DNA from: Mobula hypostoma
Taxonomy: Eukaryota
Assembly: GCF_963921235.1 (NCBI RefSeq)
Contig: NC_086097.1
Coordinates: forward strand, 94,800,001 to 94,864,000
Reading direction: 5' to 3'
Length of the DNA stretch: 64,000 bases
In this document: positions 51,044-63,022 of the stretch, piece by piece
Layout: each line of letters opens with the position of its first letter
Position numbering within the stretch: position 1 is the first letter of the stretch
The notes under the pieces: generated by a model
Told to the model about the DNA's origin: nothing
Databases searched by the model: none
What the model saw: only the letters and a program-made list of their open reading frames with translations
Position numbers and translations under genes: made by a program

Positions 51044-54000
51044 AGAGGCTTTTCTGATTTTGGATCTAGTTGTCAATCGTGGTTCAGTGATCTGATAAGA
51101 CATGAACCTGGAGTGACTTGGGCCCGGGTGGGTTGTTGACATGTCAGCAGCCTTCTTGATACAGATCTCCAGTCTAAAGTTCATACTAGCATCAGTTCAC
51201 CATGGTCTTCACTTCTCAAGAAGAGGAGGAGTTGAATGCAGCATCATCTTTAAAGAGCAGGCCAGGCAGCATCTCTAGGAAGAGGTGCAGTTGACGTTTC
51301 AGGCCGAGAAGGGTCTCGGCCATCAATACTGAACTGGGTAGCGTGCTCAGAGATCATCTGATCTTGAACAGGATGCTCCCCACCCTCGATTCCACCGGTA
51401 CACCATGGCTCGCTTTGCAAAGAGATGATAGCAGAGAGAGGACACAGCCAGTATCAGTGGTGAACTAGGGCAATACTTCACTTTCGTACCAGGTGGCTGC
51501 TGCCTTGTAAATGCGTTAACTGGGGAGAGCACCTATTGTGGGTTGCCAGCTTTCGACAGGATCGTTGCAATCTGAAACCCTTGCCCAAGACTGACAAGTG
51601 TTATGTCAAGCTGTGGCTTTTTTCTTGCAAAAAGCGAGCTTGCCTGCAGTGTCTGCTTTCACAACAATCGAAGAGCAGGACACCTCAAGGTCAAAGAACC
51701 TTGTCTGACAGTCCAGACAGCCAGCAAATGCTGTGCAAAGATATTCAGGTCTGCTTTTAGAGAGGGTACTTTCAATGTTGCTGCAATGACATCAGATACT
51801 TGGTGTGATGTGCGAAGCCTGACAGCCAGACGGGATGTGGAAGTAAGGAAAAACAGAAGGTGCTGGGGGCACACAGCATGTCAGGCAGTATCTGTGGAGA
51901 GAATGAAGAACTCCTCTAGAATTGGGGAAAGAGGGAAAAAGTTATCTTGAAGTTTCAGAGAGTGTGTGTTTTCCACGGATGCTGCCCGACTTGCTGATTT
52001 CCTCCAGCGCGTTGTGAGTGTTGCTTTGACCCCAGCATCTGCAGAGTATTTTGCGTTTACCACCATCAGGAAGTTGTTCCCCAAGCTGCACACCATCCTG
52101 ACTAGGAAATATACCACCTTTCCTGGGTCAAGCTCCTAAAACTCTCTGCCTAACAGCAATGTGGGTACACTCACACTTCAAGGGTTACAGTGGTTCGAAA
52201 ACGCAGTTCACCTCCACCTTGTGAAGGGCAATTAAATGGTGGCTTAGCCTGCGAAGCCCACATGACTATAAAAACACGTCCTCTATGACTCGTATGTTAG
52301 TGGTGCCTTTCCAACATTCTCACTGGGACACAGTCCATGCATTCTCCAGATTCATTATCCCACTTCCGAATTTTTCTTTGTTCCTTGATATACAACAGAA
52401 TTCCGTTCATCTGTTTTTAACATATTTTCTTCAGCTCTCTTACTTCCAAAGTCTGTAGCCTCCGACCTCTATGCTCATTTCAACTTGCTGCTGTTTTCTA
52501 CCAGGAGCACCCATCCACTTTCAGGAGTGGGTACCAAGGCATAGAGGCACAGGTGACCTTGGGTGCTGTCCATGTGGAACTTGCTCATTCTCCTGGGGAA
52601 ACCCATGAGGGTCTCCACTCTCCTCACAAAGACGTAGATCTGTAATTTAATTATCTACTGTTGATTGCCCCAGGTGAGTGGTGGAACAAGGAGAGTCAAT
52701 GAGAGAGTGGGCAGAAAAGCTTGCAGGAATAATTATTGACTGAATGGAACTACTCCAAGAGCTAGCATGGACTCGATGGGCTGAATGGCCTGATGTTGCA
52801 GGGAGGTATGTTGGGAAAGAGTTAAAGATCCTACCATCAAGGTGAGGCCATCTTTATCAGTTGCTAATCAGCTCTATTTGTGTTTCATACAGTGGCACCC
52901 CCATGTAACCAAAGCCCAGGGGTCACCAGTCTCAAGGAGAAAGGAAAGGATAAGAATTATTTCAATTCTCTATAAATGTCATAACTTTCCCTCACCTTTC
53001 TGCCCTCTCACTATCAACACTCCCTCTATTTGCCCTCTCAGAAAGAGTCAAAGGTGATTCCAAAGGGAATCCCCTGCATGGTAATTCATGACTATGTGAC
53101 TGCACTCTCCACCCCTGACTCAGCTGTCTGTGGGTTAAAGAGTTATTCCAGGGAGTTGACCACAAAACCTCGGCAGGTTTGAAAGGAGGTGTGCTGGCCT
53201 GCCACCCTCCAGATCAGATGATAAACCTGAACTCTATCTGCCCTCACAGATGGATGCAAAGGATCGCGTTGCTTTACCTCAAGGATCAGAGGATTTCGTT
53301 TGGAGTTTCAGCATATATTGACATTGTGAAAACATCGTACTGTGGCCTCAGTGTAAATTGATGCTGTGTTTCCATTAGTGGTTCCCCTTTGCAAATCGAG
53401 ATTTGCCTGTTAAGTACTTGAGGATATGAAAGCCATTATAACTTCTCAAGTTATTTCTCCGTACTTCCTGGAAAAAGAGGAGAAAAGCCACAAAGTGGCC
53501 AGAAGATGTCTGAAAGGTTTAGAATATCACGCAGCAACTGTGGAGAGAATTGTCATCTAACCAATCTAGAACATAGAAAACCTACAGCACAATACAGGCC
53601 CTTCAGCCCACAAAGCTGTGCCGAACATGTCCTTACCTTAAAAATTACCTCGGGTTACCCATAGCCCTTTATTTTTCTAAGCTCCTTGTACCTATCCAGG
53701 AGTCTCTTAAAAGACACTATCATATCCGCCTCCACCACCATAGCCGGCAGCCCATTCTACACACTACCCTCTGCGTAAAATCTCTCTAGTTTCACAAAAC
53801 CACACAGGCTGCTCCTACTTGCATTTGCCTGATGATTTGCAGGGTGAAATGGTTCTCTGATTGTAAGACTCTGGTGAAAAAGGAAGATAGCCTAAGCTAA
53901 CAGGATGATCATGATGAGACTGCACTCCAAGAGGTAGGAAGGGTACAGGTGGAAATGGAAATGTGGAGTATGAGGAGGGGGTGATGTTCAGAGAAGTTTG

Positions 54001-54501
54001 GTGGAGGGTTGTAATCCACTTTATTTCTCGTGGGTTCAAATGAAGCTCCATCGTTATTCATTCGGGGATGTTGTCCAGATCTATTGAATTTGCCCATCTC
54101 ACTCTCCCAAAGTAGAGTGATACAAGGGCTGAGTCTCAGTTATTGCAAATGGGGCAGCATGACAGTCATGGAACGCACCAGCCATAGGACAGTCTGGGCA
54201 TAGGCTGGCTTAGACATTGGGTAGTCTGGACATTGGGTAGTCCAGACATTGGATGGTCTGGATATTGGTTGGTCTTGACATTTGGTAGTCAGCATATTAG
54301 TTGGTCTTGGCAGTGGGTAGTCAGGACATTAGGAAGTCTGGATATTGATTAGTCTTGGCAGTGGGTAGTCTGGATATTGGTTAGTCTTGCTGTGACAAGG
54401 TTGAAATCTGTTCAATTTAGTTATAAATAATTGTTCAAATAATTTTAAAGAGTCAACATTTTTTTAATGTGAATATCATTTTCAGGTTGAGAAAAAGGGC
54501 C

Positions 54502-54920
54502 TCTGTCGTCATGGCTATCCCTCGAGGTCGAGGGTGATGGTCTTCGTTCCGAAGAAATGGCCCACAGGGTGAAGACGCCTGTGCGTGTATTTGTTTAACG
54601 TGTGCTTGATGTTGAAATCCAAGAAGCACGAGATACTTCACAAATCAACCAACTGATTCCAATGGCATGGAAACCACGACGATTGGAGCTGATGGATTTG
54701 TTGCAGCCTTCATCCGCCTTCACAGCTGTTGAGTTCGAAGTAACTTCGTCCGCCTGTTCGACCATTGAGGTCTTGGTTGGATTGTTCTTTGTCAGGGATC
54801 TCACCCTCGACCTTACCGCCATGGGTGACCCTACCAGGAGCATAGCTCCAGATGGCATTGCTCTCGGGATCACAGGACCACACAAGCTTCTCCACCACGA
54901 CAAGGTGACAATCCACGGAG
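54502..54920 (-). mobile_element. RTE-derived bipartite non-autonomous element
   Basis: Reverse complement head ttgtcgtggtggagaagcttgtgtggtcctgtgatcccgagagc...ggtagggtcacccatggc (RTE 5' UTR-like) fused to an RTE-like 3' end; CpGs retained. Confidence 0.65.
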
Positions 54921-54944
54921 AAAAGAAAAAAGGCATATTAATTT

Positions 54945-55072
54945 TCAAAATCTCTTACTATCTCTTCTTTCAGTTAGTCCTGATGAAGGGTCTCGGCCCG
55001 AAACGTCGACTGTACCTCTTCCTAGAGATGCTGTCTGGCCTGCTGCGTTCACCAACAACTTTTATGCGTGCT
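54945..55072 (+). mobile_element. 128-bp PLE terminal fragment with 12-bp TSD
   Basis: TSD gcatattaattt at 54933-54944 and 55073-55084. Confidence 0.88.
54976..55011 (+). ncRNA. Minimal type I hammerhead ribozyme motif (PLE-associated)
   Basis: agtc-CTGATGA-a-gggtctcggccc-GAAA-cGTC-gact: stem I agtc/gact, stem II gggt/gccc, palindromic ACGT stem III, GUC triplet ending at 55007. Confidence 0.8.
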
Positions 55073-55344
55073 GCATATTAATTTAAAAACATGCAAATAT
55101 GTTTAGTTGAAAACTCTGAGAATCTGTGTGCACGATATTCTTTTATAGTATTGAGTACTGAATCTGCCATTGACTTGTAAAGCCTTGCATTCAATTTTCA
55201 GCATGCAGTTGATTGCTCATGCCTGCTGGAAGGCCGAGGTGGGGAAGTACACACTGTATTGCTCACTCACCTTAAACTCACTGAGGAGTAAACAGTGTAA
55301 CACATCTGTTTCATTTGCCATCTCCCTTTTTCAGTACTACAATA

Positions 55345-56060
55345 GCAGTGGGTGGTCTTGGACAGTGGGAGGTCTGGACAGTAGGTGTCTTGACAGTGGG
55401 TGTCTGGAGAGTGTGTGTCTGGACAATGGGTGGTCTGGACAGTGGGTGGTCTGGACAGGGGGGGCCTGGACATTTGGTGGTATGGACAGTGGGTGTCTTG
55501 ACATTGGGTGTCTGGAGAGTGTGTGTCTGGACAGTGGGTAGTTTTGACATTGGCAGGTCTGGACAGTGGGTGTCTGGGCATTGAGTGGTTTGGACAGTGA
55601 GTGTCTGGACTGTGGGTGGTCTGGACAGTGGGTGGTCTGGACATTGGGTGGTCTGGACAGTGGGTGGTCTGGACAATGGGTGGTCTGGACAGTGGGTGGT
55701 CTGGACAGGAGGGGCCTGGACATTTGGTGGTATGGACAGTGGGTGTCTTGACATTGGGTGTCTGGAGAGTGTGTGTCTGGACAGTGGGTAGTTTTGACAT
55801 TGGCAGGTCTGGACAGTGGGTGTCTGGGCATTGAGTGGTTTGGACAGTGAGTGTCTGGACTGTGGGTGGTCTGGACAGTGGGTGGTCTGGACATTGGGTG
55901 GTCTGGACAGTGGGTTGTCTAGACAGTGGATGGTCTGGACAGTGGGTGGTCTGAATAGTGGGTGTCTGGACATTGGGTGGTCTGGACAGTGGGTGGTCTG
56001 GACAGCACACAATTTGGGCATTAAAAGGTCTGGGCATTGAGTGGTCTTGGCAGTGGACAC
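55345..56060. repeat. Minisatellite, 15-16-bp unit GGTCTGGACAGTGGGT with 250-bp higher-order duplication
   Basis: Landmark ggggcctggacatttggtgg recurs at 55461 and 55711. Confidence 0.95.
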
Positions 56061-56177
56061 TTTGGTTATGAAGCAATCTGAAACCTGCATAATTAGGCAG
56101 CCTTGTCATTGTATTGTCTGATTATCAGTCAATCTTGGGCTTTGTGATTATTGGGTTCATTTAGGCAGCCTGGTATT

Positions 56178-57372
56178 ATAGAAACATAGAAAACCTACAG
56201 CACAATACAGGCCCTTCGACCCACAAAGCTGTGACAAACCTGTCCCTACCTTAGAAATTACCTGGGGGTTACCCATAGCCCTCTATTTTTCTAAGCTCCA
56301 TGTACCAGTCCAGGAGTCTCCTAAAAGACCCTATTGTATCCGCCTCCACCACCATCGCTGGCAGCCCATTCCACGCACTCACCACTCTCTGCATAAAAAA
56401 CCTACCCCTGACATCTCCTCTGTACCTACTTCCAAGTACCTTAAAACTGTGCCCTCTCGTGCTAGCCATTTCAGCCCTGGGAAAAGCCTCTGACTATCCA
56501 CACGATCAATGTTTCTCATTATCTTGTACACCTCTATCAGGTCACCTCTCATCCTCCATTGCTCCAAGGAGAAAAGGCCAAGGGCCTTGTATAGCTGTAA
56601 CATTACCTCTCACCTCTTAAACACAATCCCACAATTGATGAAGGCCGGTGCACTATATGTTTTCTTAACCACAGAGTCAACCTGCTTAACAGCTTTGAGT
56701 GTCCTATGGACTCGGACACCAGGTCCCAAGGGTCTTACCATTAATACTACATTCTGTCATCATTTCTGACCTACCAAAATGAACTATCTCATACTTACCT
56801 GGGTTGAACTTCATCTGTCACTTCTCAGCCCAGTTTTGCATCCTATCAATGCCCCGCTGTAACCTCTGACAACCTTCCACACTATCCACAACACCCCCAA
56901 CCTTTGTGTCATCAGCAAACTTACTAACCCATCCCTCCGCTTCCTCATCCAGGTCATTTATAAAAATCACAAAGAGTAGGGGACCCAGAACAGATCCCTA
57001 AGACACACCACTGGTCACCAGCCTCCATGCAGAATATGACCCATCTACAACCACACCTTGCCTTCTGTGGGCAAGCCAGTTCTGGATCCACAAAGCAAGG
57101 TCCTCTTGGATCCCATGCCTCCTTACTTTCTCAATAAGCCTTGCATGGGGTACCTTATCAAATGCCTTGCTGAAATCCATATACACTACATCTACGGCTC
57201 TACTTTTATCGATGTGTTTAGTCACATCCTCAAAAAATTCAATCAGGCTCGTAAGGCATGACCTGCCTTTGACAAAGCCATGCTGACTATTCCTAATCAT
57301 ATTATGCATCTCCGACTGTTCATAAATCCTGCCTCTCAGGATCTTCTCCATTAACTTACCAACCACTGAAGT
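56178..57372 (-). mobile_element. CR1 LINE (RT and 3' end, internal deletions)
   Basis: SQHGFVKGRSCLTSLIEFF...VYMDFSKAFDKVPH...VTSGVS; RMRGDLIEVYKIM; tail as at 23910. Confidence 0.93.
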
Positions 57373-57504
57373 TATTTAGTGTGGAAATTGGTATAATAAC
57401 AATTAGGTTGTCTGGCCATTGAGAGGTTTGGGCACCAGATGCTGACACCATTCAACATCTAGCATTGGGTCATTCAACAGTCTGTTCATTTGTTAGTCTG
57501 GTTA

Positions 57505-57715
57505 TTTGTGACAGACTGGTTATTGGTCACATTGGTTATCGGTCTCACTGGTTATTAATGATAGACTGGTTATTGGTCACACAGATTATTGGTCTCACTG
57601 GTTATTAGTGACAGACTGATTATTAGTGACAGACTGGTTATTGGACACACTGGTTACTAGTGACAACTGGTTATTGGTCACACTGGTTATTAGTGACAGT
57701 CTGGTCTTTCTGGGC
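57505..57715. repeat. Degenerate ~16-bp tandem repeat (ACTGGTTATTAGTGAC-like)
   Basis: About a dozen variant units containing ctggttatt. Confidence 0.8.
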
Positions 57716-58863
57716 ATTGGACTATCTACTGACTCAGTTAGTTAGCAGACAGACAGATACCCGGACAATCCAGTAACTGGGCAAATTAATCAATGGACTG
57801 ACTTGGCATTGTCCAGTCTAATTAGTAGGTGTGCAAACAGGTTCAGTTTCAGGATGAATGGCCAATGGGAAAACTGTCAGATGCATGGACAGAAGTTATG
57901 CCATCCTGAATGAGAAATGGCAGATCGATTTTGGAAAAGCAGGTCTTGAGAAAATTGGTTGTGTCGAATGGTAGAGCAAATGCACCAAGGGGTCTCGTGT
58001 AGATCAGATATGAGGAAACAGATCGTGGCTATATCAGTCTTAAACATAGATATCAAAATCTATTCCCAGCACGGGGAAGTCTAAAGCCAGTGACATTGAT
58101 TTGAGGTGAAAGGGAAGAATTTTAAAGGAGATTTGAGGGGCCCGTTTTTCACAAAAAGGGCAGTGAATATTTGGAAAGACTTTCCAGAGGAGGTGGCAGA
58201 GGCTGATACTGTTATAATGTTTAAAAGACATGTTGACAAATACAAACGTTTGTAATTGGACAGTTAAGGAGTGGCATGCTATGGGCCCGTTGTGGACAAA
58301 TGGGGTTAGGGGAGACAGGCATCATTGACAAAAGGAGCTTTGGGGGCCTTTTTCTCTGCTGTGGGAGCAGATCAGTCTTGGGAAGACTGTTCTTGAGCTG
58401 ATTGGTTGGGCAGAGTTTTTTGGTTACAATAGTCTTATGCAGAGTGTTATCTGGCTAATTAGCAGTCAGCAAATCTTAAGGATGTGAAAAGCAAAAGAAA
58501 TGAAATAGTGATTATCATGAGTGCTGCAAAGAAAAATGCAGGAACTATGACAGGTTTTGCTCTCTAAATATCCAACAGGTTAGACATTCACTGACTAGAT
58601 AATAAGAGACAGCAGCCTCTACAAATGTGAAGTGCGTTGGTAGAGTAGACATCGAGTGGGTCCTTGCAGTTACGGCAGTGATGGATGGTTTGAAATCTTA
58701 AGGCTGTGAAAATATGAGAGGTATAGATAAGATGACTCTACACTGTCTTGTTTCCAGGGCGAGGGAGTCAAAAACCAGAGAGCACGGGTTGGGGTGAGAG
58801 CGCAGAGATTTAGTAGAAAACTGAAGAGCAACTTCTTCGCCCAGGGGGTGGAATACACTGTCA

Positions 58864-59389
58864 TGGAAAGACACCTCTGTCCCTACATTATTTCAATGGT
58901 TTTCTCAAATAATGTTATGTCTTAGCTTGGAAAAAATTAGAAGTAGAACTTTTGATCCTCGATTCGATTTTGAGAGAAGATGGGGCTCTTTTGCCAAATA
59001 TTACCATTTAATTTGAATTAATTTATATGGTTTCCTTCCAATCTTATTTTATATAAATGTGAATTGGCGATTGATGATTTTTCTTCTATATATATATATA
59101 GATGATTGTAAGACATATTGCTCCAGGAGTTGGTTCCTAATGGGTTTTTTCCCTCTTTTTTTTTCTTTTTTTCTTTTTCTTTCTCTGTATTTAGTGGGGG
59201 TTTTTTCTTTTAGTTAGTTGGGGTTCTCTTTTTTCCTTCTCTTCTTTATAAAAAGTATTTTTTTTCATTATCATATATTATTCTTTTTTGATAAGTTTTT
59301 TTTCTTCAGCTTTATTAACTGTATATTTATCAATTTGTTGAAGTCTTGTATCATTTTAAAGCTGTAGAAGATAAAAAGATTTTTTTTAA
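58864..59389 (+). mobile_element. L1-clade LINE 3' end with TSD, inserted in a CR1 fragment
   Basis: WKDTSVPTLFQWFSQIMLCLSLEKIRSRTFDPRFDFERRWGSF resembles the fish L1 ORF2 C-terminus; T-rich UTR; TSD tggaatacact(g/a)tca at 58849-58863 and 59390-59404. Confidence 0.82.
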
Positions 59390-60879
59390 TGGAATACACT
59401 ATCAGAGGAAGCAATATTTAAGAACGTTTGAATGGGTACAATGATAAGAAAGGCGGGATATGGATCAAAGGCAAAGGGGACTGGCTTAAATGGGAATCTT
59501 GGTCGCCATGGACCAGTTGCGCCAAACAAACTGTTTCCACACTGCATGACTCTATGGCCCCAGTTTAAATCGGGAATTGCTGAAATGTGCCGAACTTCAG
59601 ATAAATAAGAGAGAGGGATTTCAGGGTAACATTGATAGGTAGGGGTTAGAGAAAGGTACTGGGGAGCTTTCTAACTGCCAACCCAGCAAACTCTCAGACA
59701 GCCTAATGGTCAATCAATGCAATGACCAATTCACAGGTCTACCAACATGTCCAAATAACATGACCCAACCCCCCAAAATGCCCAATGACCTGACCATCAT
59801 GGTTAAATGAAATATTGTGTGGGAGGCACACGTGAAACACAAAAATAATCTCTGTATTTTCATAACTTAACTAAAACTAGAAATTTGAAAACATTTTAAA
59901 AGGCTAATGGAACATTGGCCATTTTCCAAAGGGGTTAAACTATAAGGTAGAGGAAGCTACGCTCCAATTGCAAAGAGCCTTTGATCAAACCCCATCCGGA
60001 GTACAGTGTCCAACACAGATCTGTTGAGCTGTGTAGATTTCCTCAGACGGGTATAATGTAGCAAAATGTGAGCCCACCCTCCTCCAAGCAAAGCTAAATC
60101 CTTCAGAATATAAGAAATAACAAGCTGTCTTTCACATGGGATGTGAAACCAGAGCTCTATCTGAGTTAGCAGATAGAAACAGAAAGTTGCAAAGGGAAGA
60201 TGAAAGGTTAAATATGTAAACTAAACTAAGGAAGACAAAGGTTACATGGCAAGTGAAAGACTTTCTCAGAAAAGGGGAGCATCCTGGAAAAAAAGAGAAT
60301 CTGACTGTTTTCTGTGGATTTGCTTTGAATACTGTCTCTATTTCCATGCATTATTTAAAATGCGAAGCATTCAGAATACTGGACTTTATCCAGAGGAGTT
60401 AGACTATGAAGCAGGGGAAATTATGCTCCAATTACAAAGAGTGTATGATCAGACGCCGTGTGGGGTACTATGTACCATGTTCAACTTTGGCCACCACATC
60501 TCAGCAAAGATAATTAATGGCCCAGGAAGCAGTGCAGTGCAGAATCGTCAAATTGACACCGAGATGCAGAAGGTTAGATTACGAAGATAGATATACTTGG
60601 CCGAGCTGGCTCTAATTTCCTTCTGGATGGGAGACTAAACCACAGAGGACTTGTCAAGACCATTTTAACCTCTGGAGCATCTAGTGCAGAGAAACCCAAG
60701 CTTAGAGTTAGACAAGCCATTTCATATAAAAGGGGGTGAGGAGAACAGAGAGGGCAGAGGGGGGAGGTGGGAAGGTCAGTTGATGGAGGCTACATCAGCT
60801 GAAGCCATTATAAGAACAAGGATTTCTCCCTCTCCCGACGCGTGTCCAGAGACATTTGGAATATCCAAGGTGGTTGTTA

Positions 60880-61250
60880 GGTAGAACCTTATGGAGATGC
60901 TATTCACCTCATAGAGGAGTATAAAATCATGGGCCATAGATAAGAATCCCAGTGAAATTGAATCAAAAGCTTGACAGCTTAAGTTTAAGTTGAGAGGTGA
61001 AAGATTAAAAGGGACCTAAGAGACGACCTCATGATGCAGTAAGTGGTGTGTGTATGGAATTAACTGTCAGAGAAAGTAGTTGAGGCAGCATTTAAAAAGT
61101 ATTTTATAGGTATACAGATAAGAACTGTTTAGAGGGATTTGGGGTAAATACAGGCACTTGGCACTAGCTTAGATGGGCATCTTGGTCAGCATGAACTTAG
61201 CTGTGCCGAAGGACCGGCTCCCATACTGGGTTACACTGTGACTCCAATGG
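60880..61250 (+). mobile_element. Degraded CR1 LINE 3' fragment
   Basis: cctcatagaggagtataaaatcatg...tggaattaactgtcagagaaagtagttgagg and a CR1-type 3' UTR. Confidence 0.7.
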
Positions 61251-61577
61251 AAATGAAGCAAGGATTAAAATGAGACATGATGTCATTGAGTAGCGTGAGG
61301 GGGCTCAATGACCCATTCTTCTTCCGCAAGGTCTTACGTTACCGCACAACAGGTCCCCACAGTGTACCAGCAGCAGACATGAAATTGCACCAGGCAGTCT
61401 GCCATCTGCTCAGCTCTGGCAAAGGGAAACCTTGATCAACTGTAGCCCTTCTCCTGCTAATCGGCCTTCCTAGCCTCCCCCGGCCCTGATTCATGGTCTT
61501 GATACAAGGTCTGGAAAGCAGCTTTCCTCCCACTCCACTACAGTAACTCCTAAACACAGGAGTTTAGAATTCTAAAC

Positions 61578-61920
61578 CCATTGGACAGTCACTTCTTTTT
61601 GCTTCCTTTGGGTGGAAAATACAAAAACCTGAAAACGTGGGCCACTAGGCCCAGGCACAGCTTCTATCCCGCTGCTGTAAGAAAATTAAACAGACCACTT
61701 GTGCAATGGTCTTTTGACTTCAAAATCTACTTCCTTGTGGCCTTGCGCCATTTTGTCTGCCTGTACTGCACTAACTCTCTAACACTTTATTCTGCACTCT
61801 TGTGTAAGTTCTCCCTTGTGTGTATTGTTCTGTGGCGATGTGATGAAATTTTCTGTATGGGTGACATGCAAAACAAAATCTTCCACTCTACCTCGGTACA
61901 TATGACAATAATAAACAATC
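61578..61920 (+). mobile_element. Rex1/Babar-like LINE 3' end
   Basis: HFFLLPLGGKYKNLKTWATRPRHSFYPAAVRKLN and an acaataataaac end. Confidence 0.7.
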
Positions 61921-62659
61921 GCAATGTTAGTGAGGAGGATGCTGGACCAGCAGACCGGAGAGTTTAGACTGCTTAAGACTGAGATGGAAGGAAAGTTCAA
62001 GGTTGTAAAACTTCAGAATTATCTACCCATAGGATTGCAGACGCTCACTCATTCGATCTTAATCACTCAGCCGCAACAAATAAATCTCACCAAATCCCCA
62101 CCCAGAACATTGTCTTTTCACTAATCATTTACTTTTAAGGCTGCTCCATCTACCTTTCAAGATGTTCCTACAAGCCATTCCCTTATCTTTGTCTGGGCAC
62201 ATTGGTTAGAAATTGTAAAGCTGGGAAAGTGAGACCCGGGTAGAAATGAGGGTGGGGGGGGCGGATGAGGGAAGAAAAATCTTAACACAATTACATAAAA
62301 TGAAAAGGAAGATTTAGGGATTTTGTAATAATTAAAGGGAAGCCTAAAACTGTTATTACTTCCTGTTTCAACTTAAACCCAGAGGCATCTACTGAATGAA
62401 CGATTTGCTTAAGAATGGAAAGTAAATGATTTTGATGTTTACTGACAAATACCCAAAATAATACAAAACGCTCCACAGAGGATCCAGTGATAAGAATTCG
62501 AATGATCACATGCAAAGGGTGAAATCAACAGATTTTTGGATACAGGTAGTGGAAAGATATGGGAATAGGGAGGAAAGTAGAGGCATGGAATGGCAGGCAT
62601 ACAGGCATCATATTGCCTTCTCCTGCTACTATTTCTATTGCAATCCTGGTCACTGTATG

Positions 62660-63022
62660 ACCTGCTCCAACCACTAAGTTCAGGAGCAGTTATTACCAGT
62701 ATCAGCCATCAGGCAGGCTCTTGAACCAAAGTGACTAACTTCACTTGCCCCATCACTGAAATGTTCCCACAACCTAGGGATTCGCTTATATTGAGTCTTC
62801 ATCCCATGTTCTCGATACTTATTGTTTACTTATTTATTATTATTATTTCTTTCTTATTGTACATGCACACTTTGTTCTTTGCACACTGATTTTGGTGTCT
62901 ACAATAATAACTCTGGTTATTTATTCATTTCTGGATTTATTGAATATGTCCAAAGAAACTGAATCTCCGGGTTTATATGATGACATATATGTTTTTTGAT
63001 AACAGATTTACTTGGAACTTTT
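62660..63022 (+). mobile_element. Rex1/Babar-like LINE 3' UTR
   Basis: Homologous to 1-118/460-620 and 16305-16440. Confidence 0.7.

Noticed and set aside
55267..56109. Pro/Thr/His-rich ORFs in several frames
   Set aside because: Tandem-repeat artefact, open in multiple frames on both strands.
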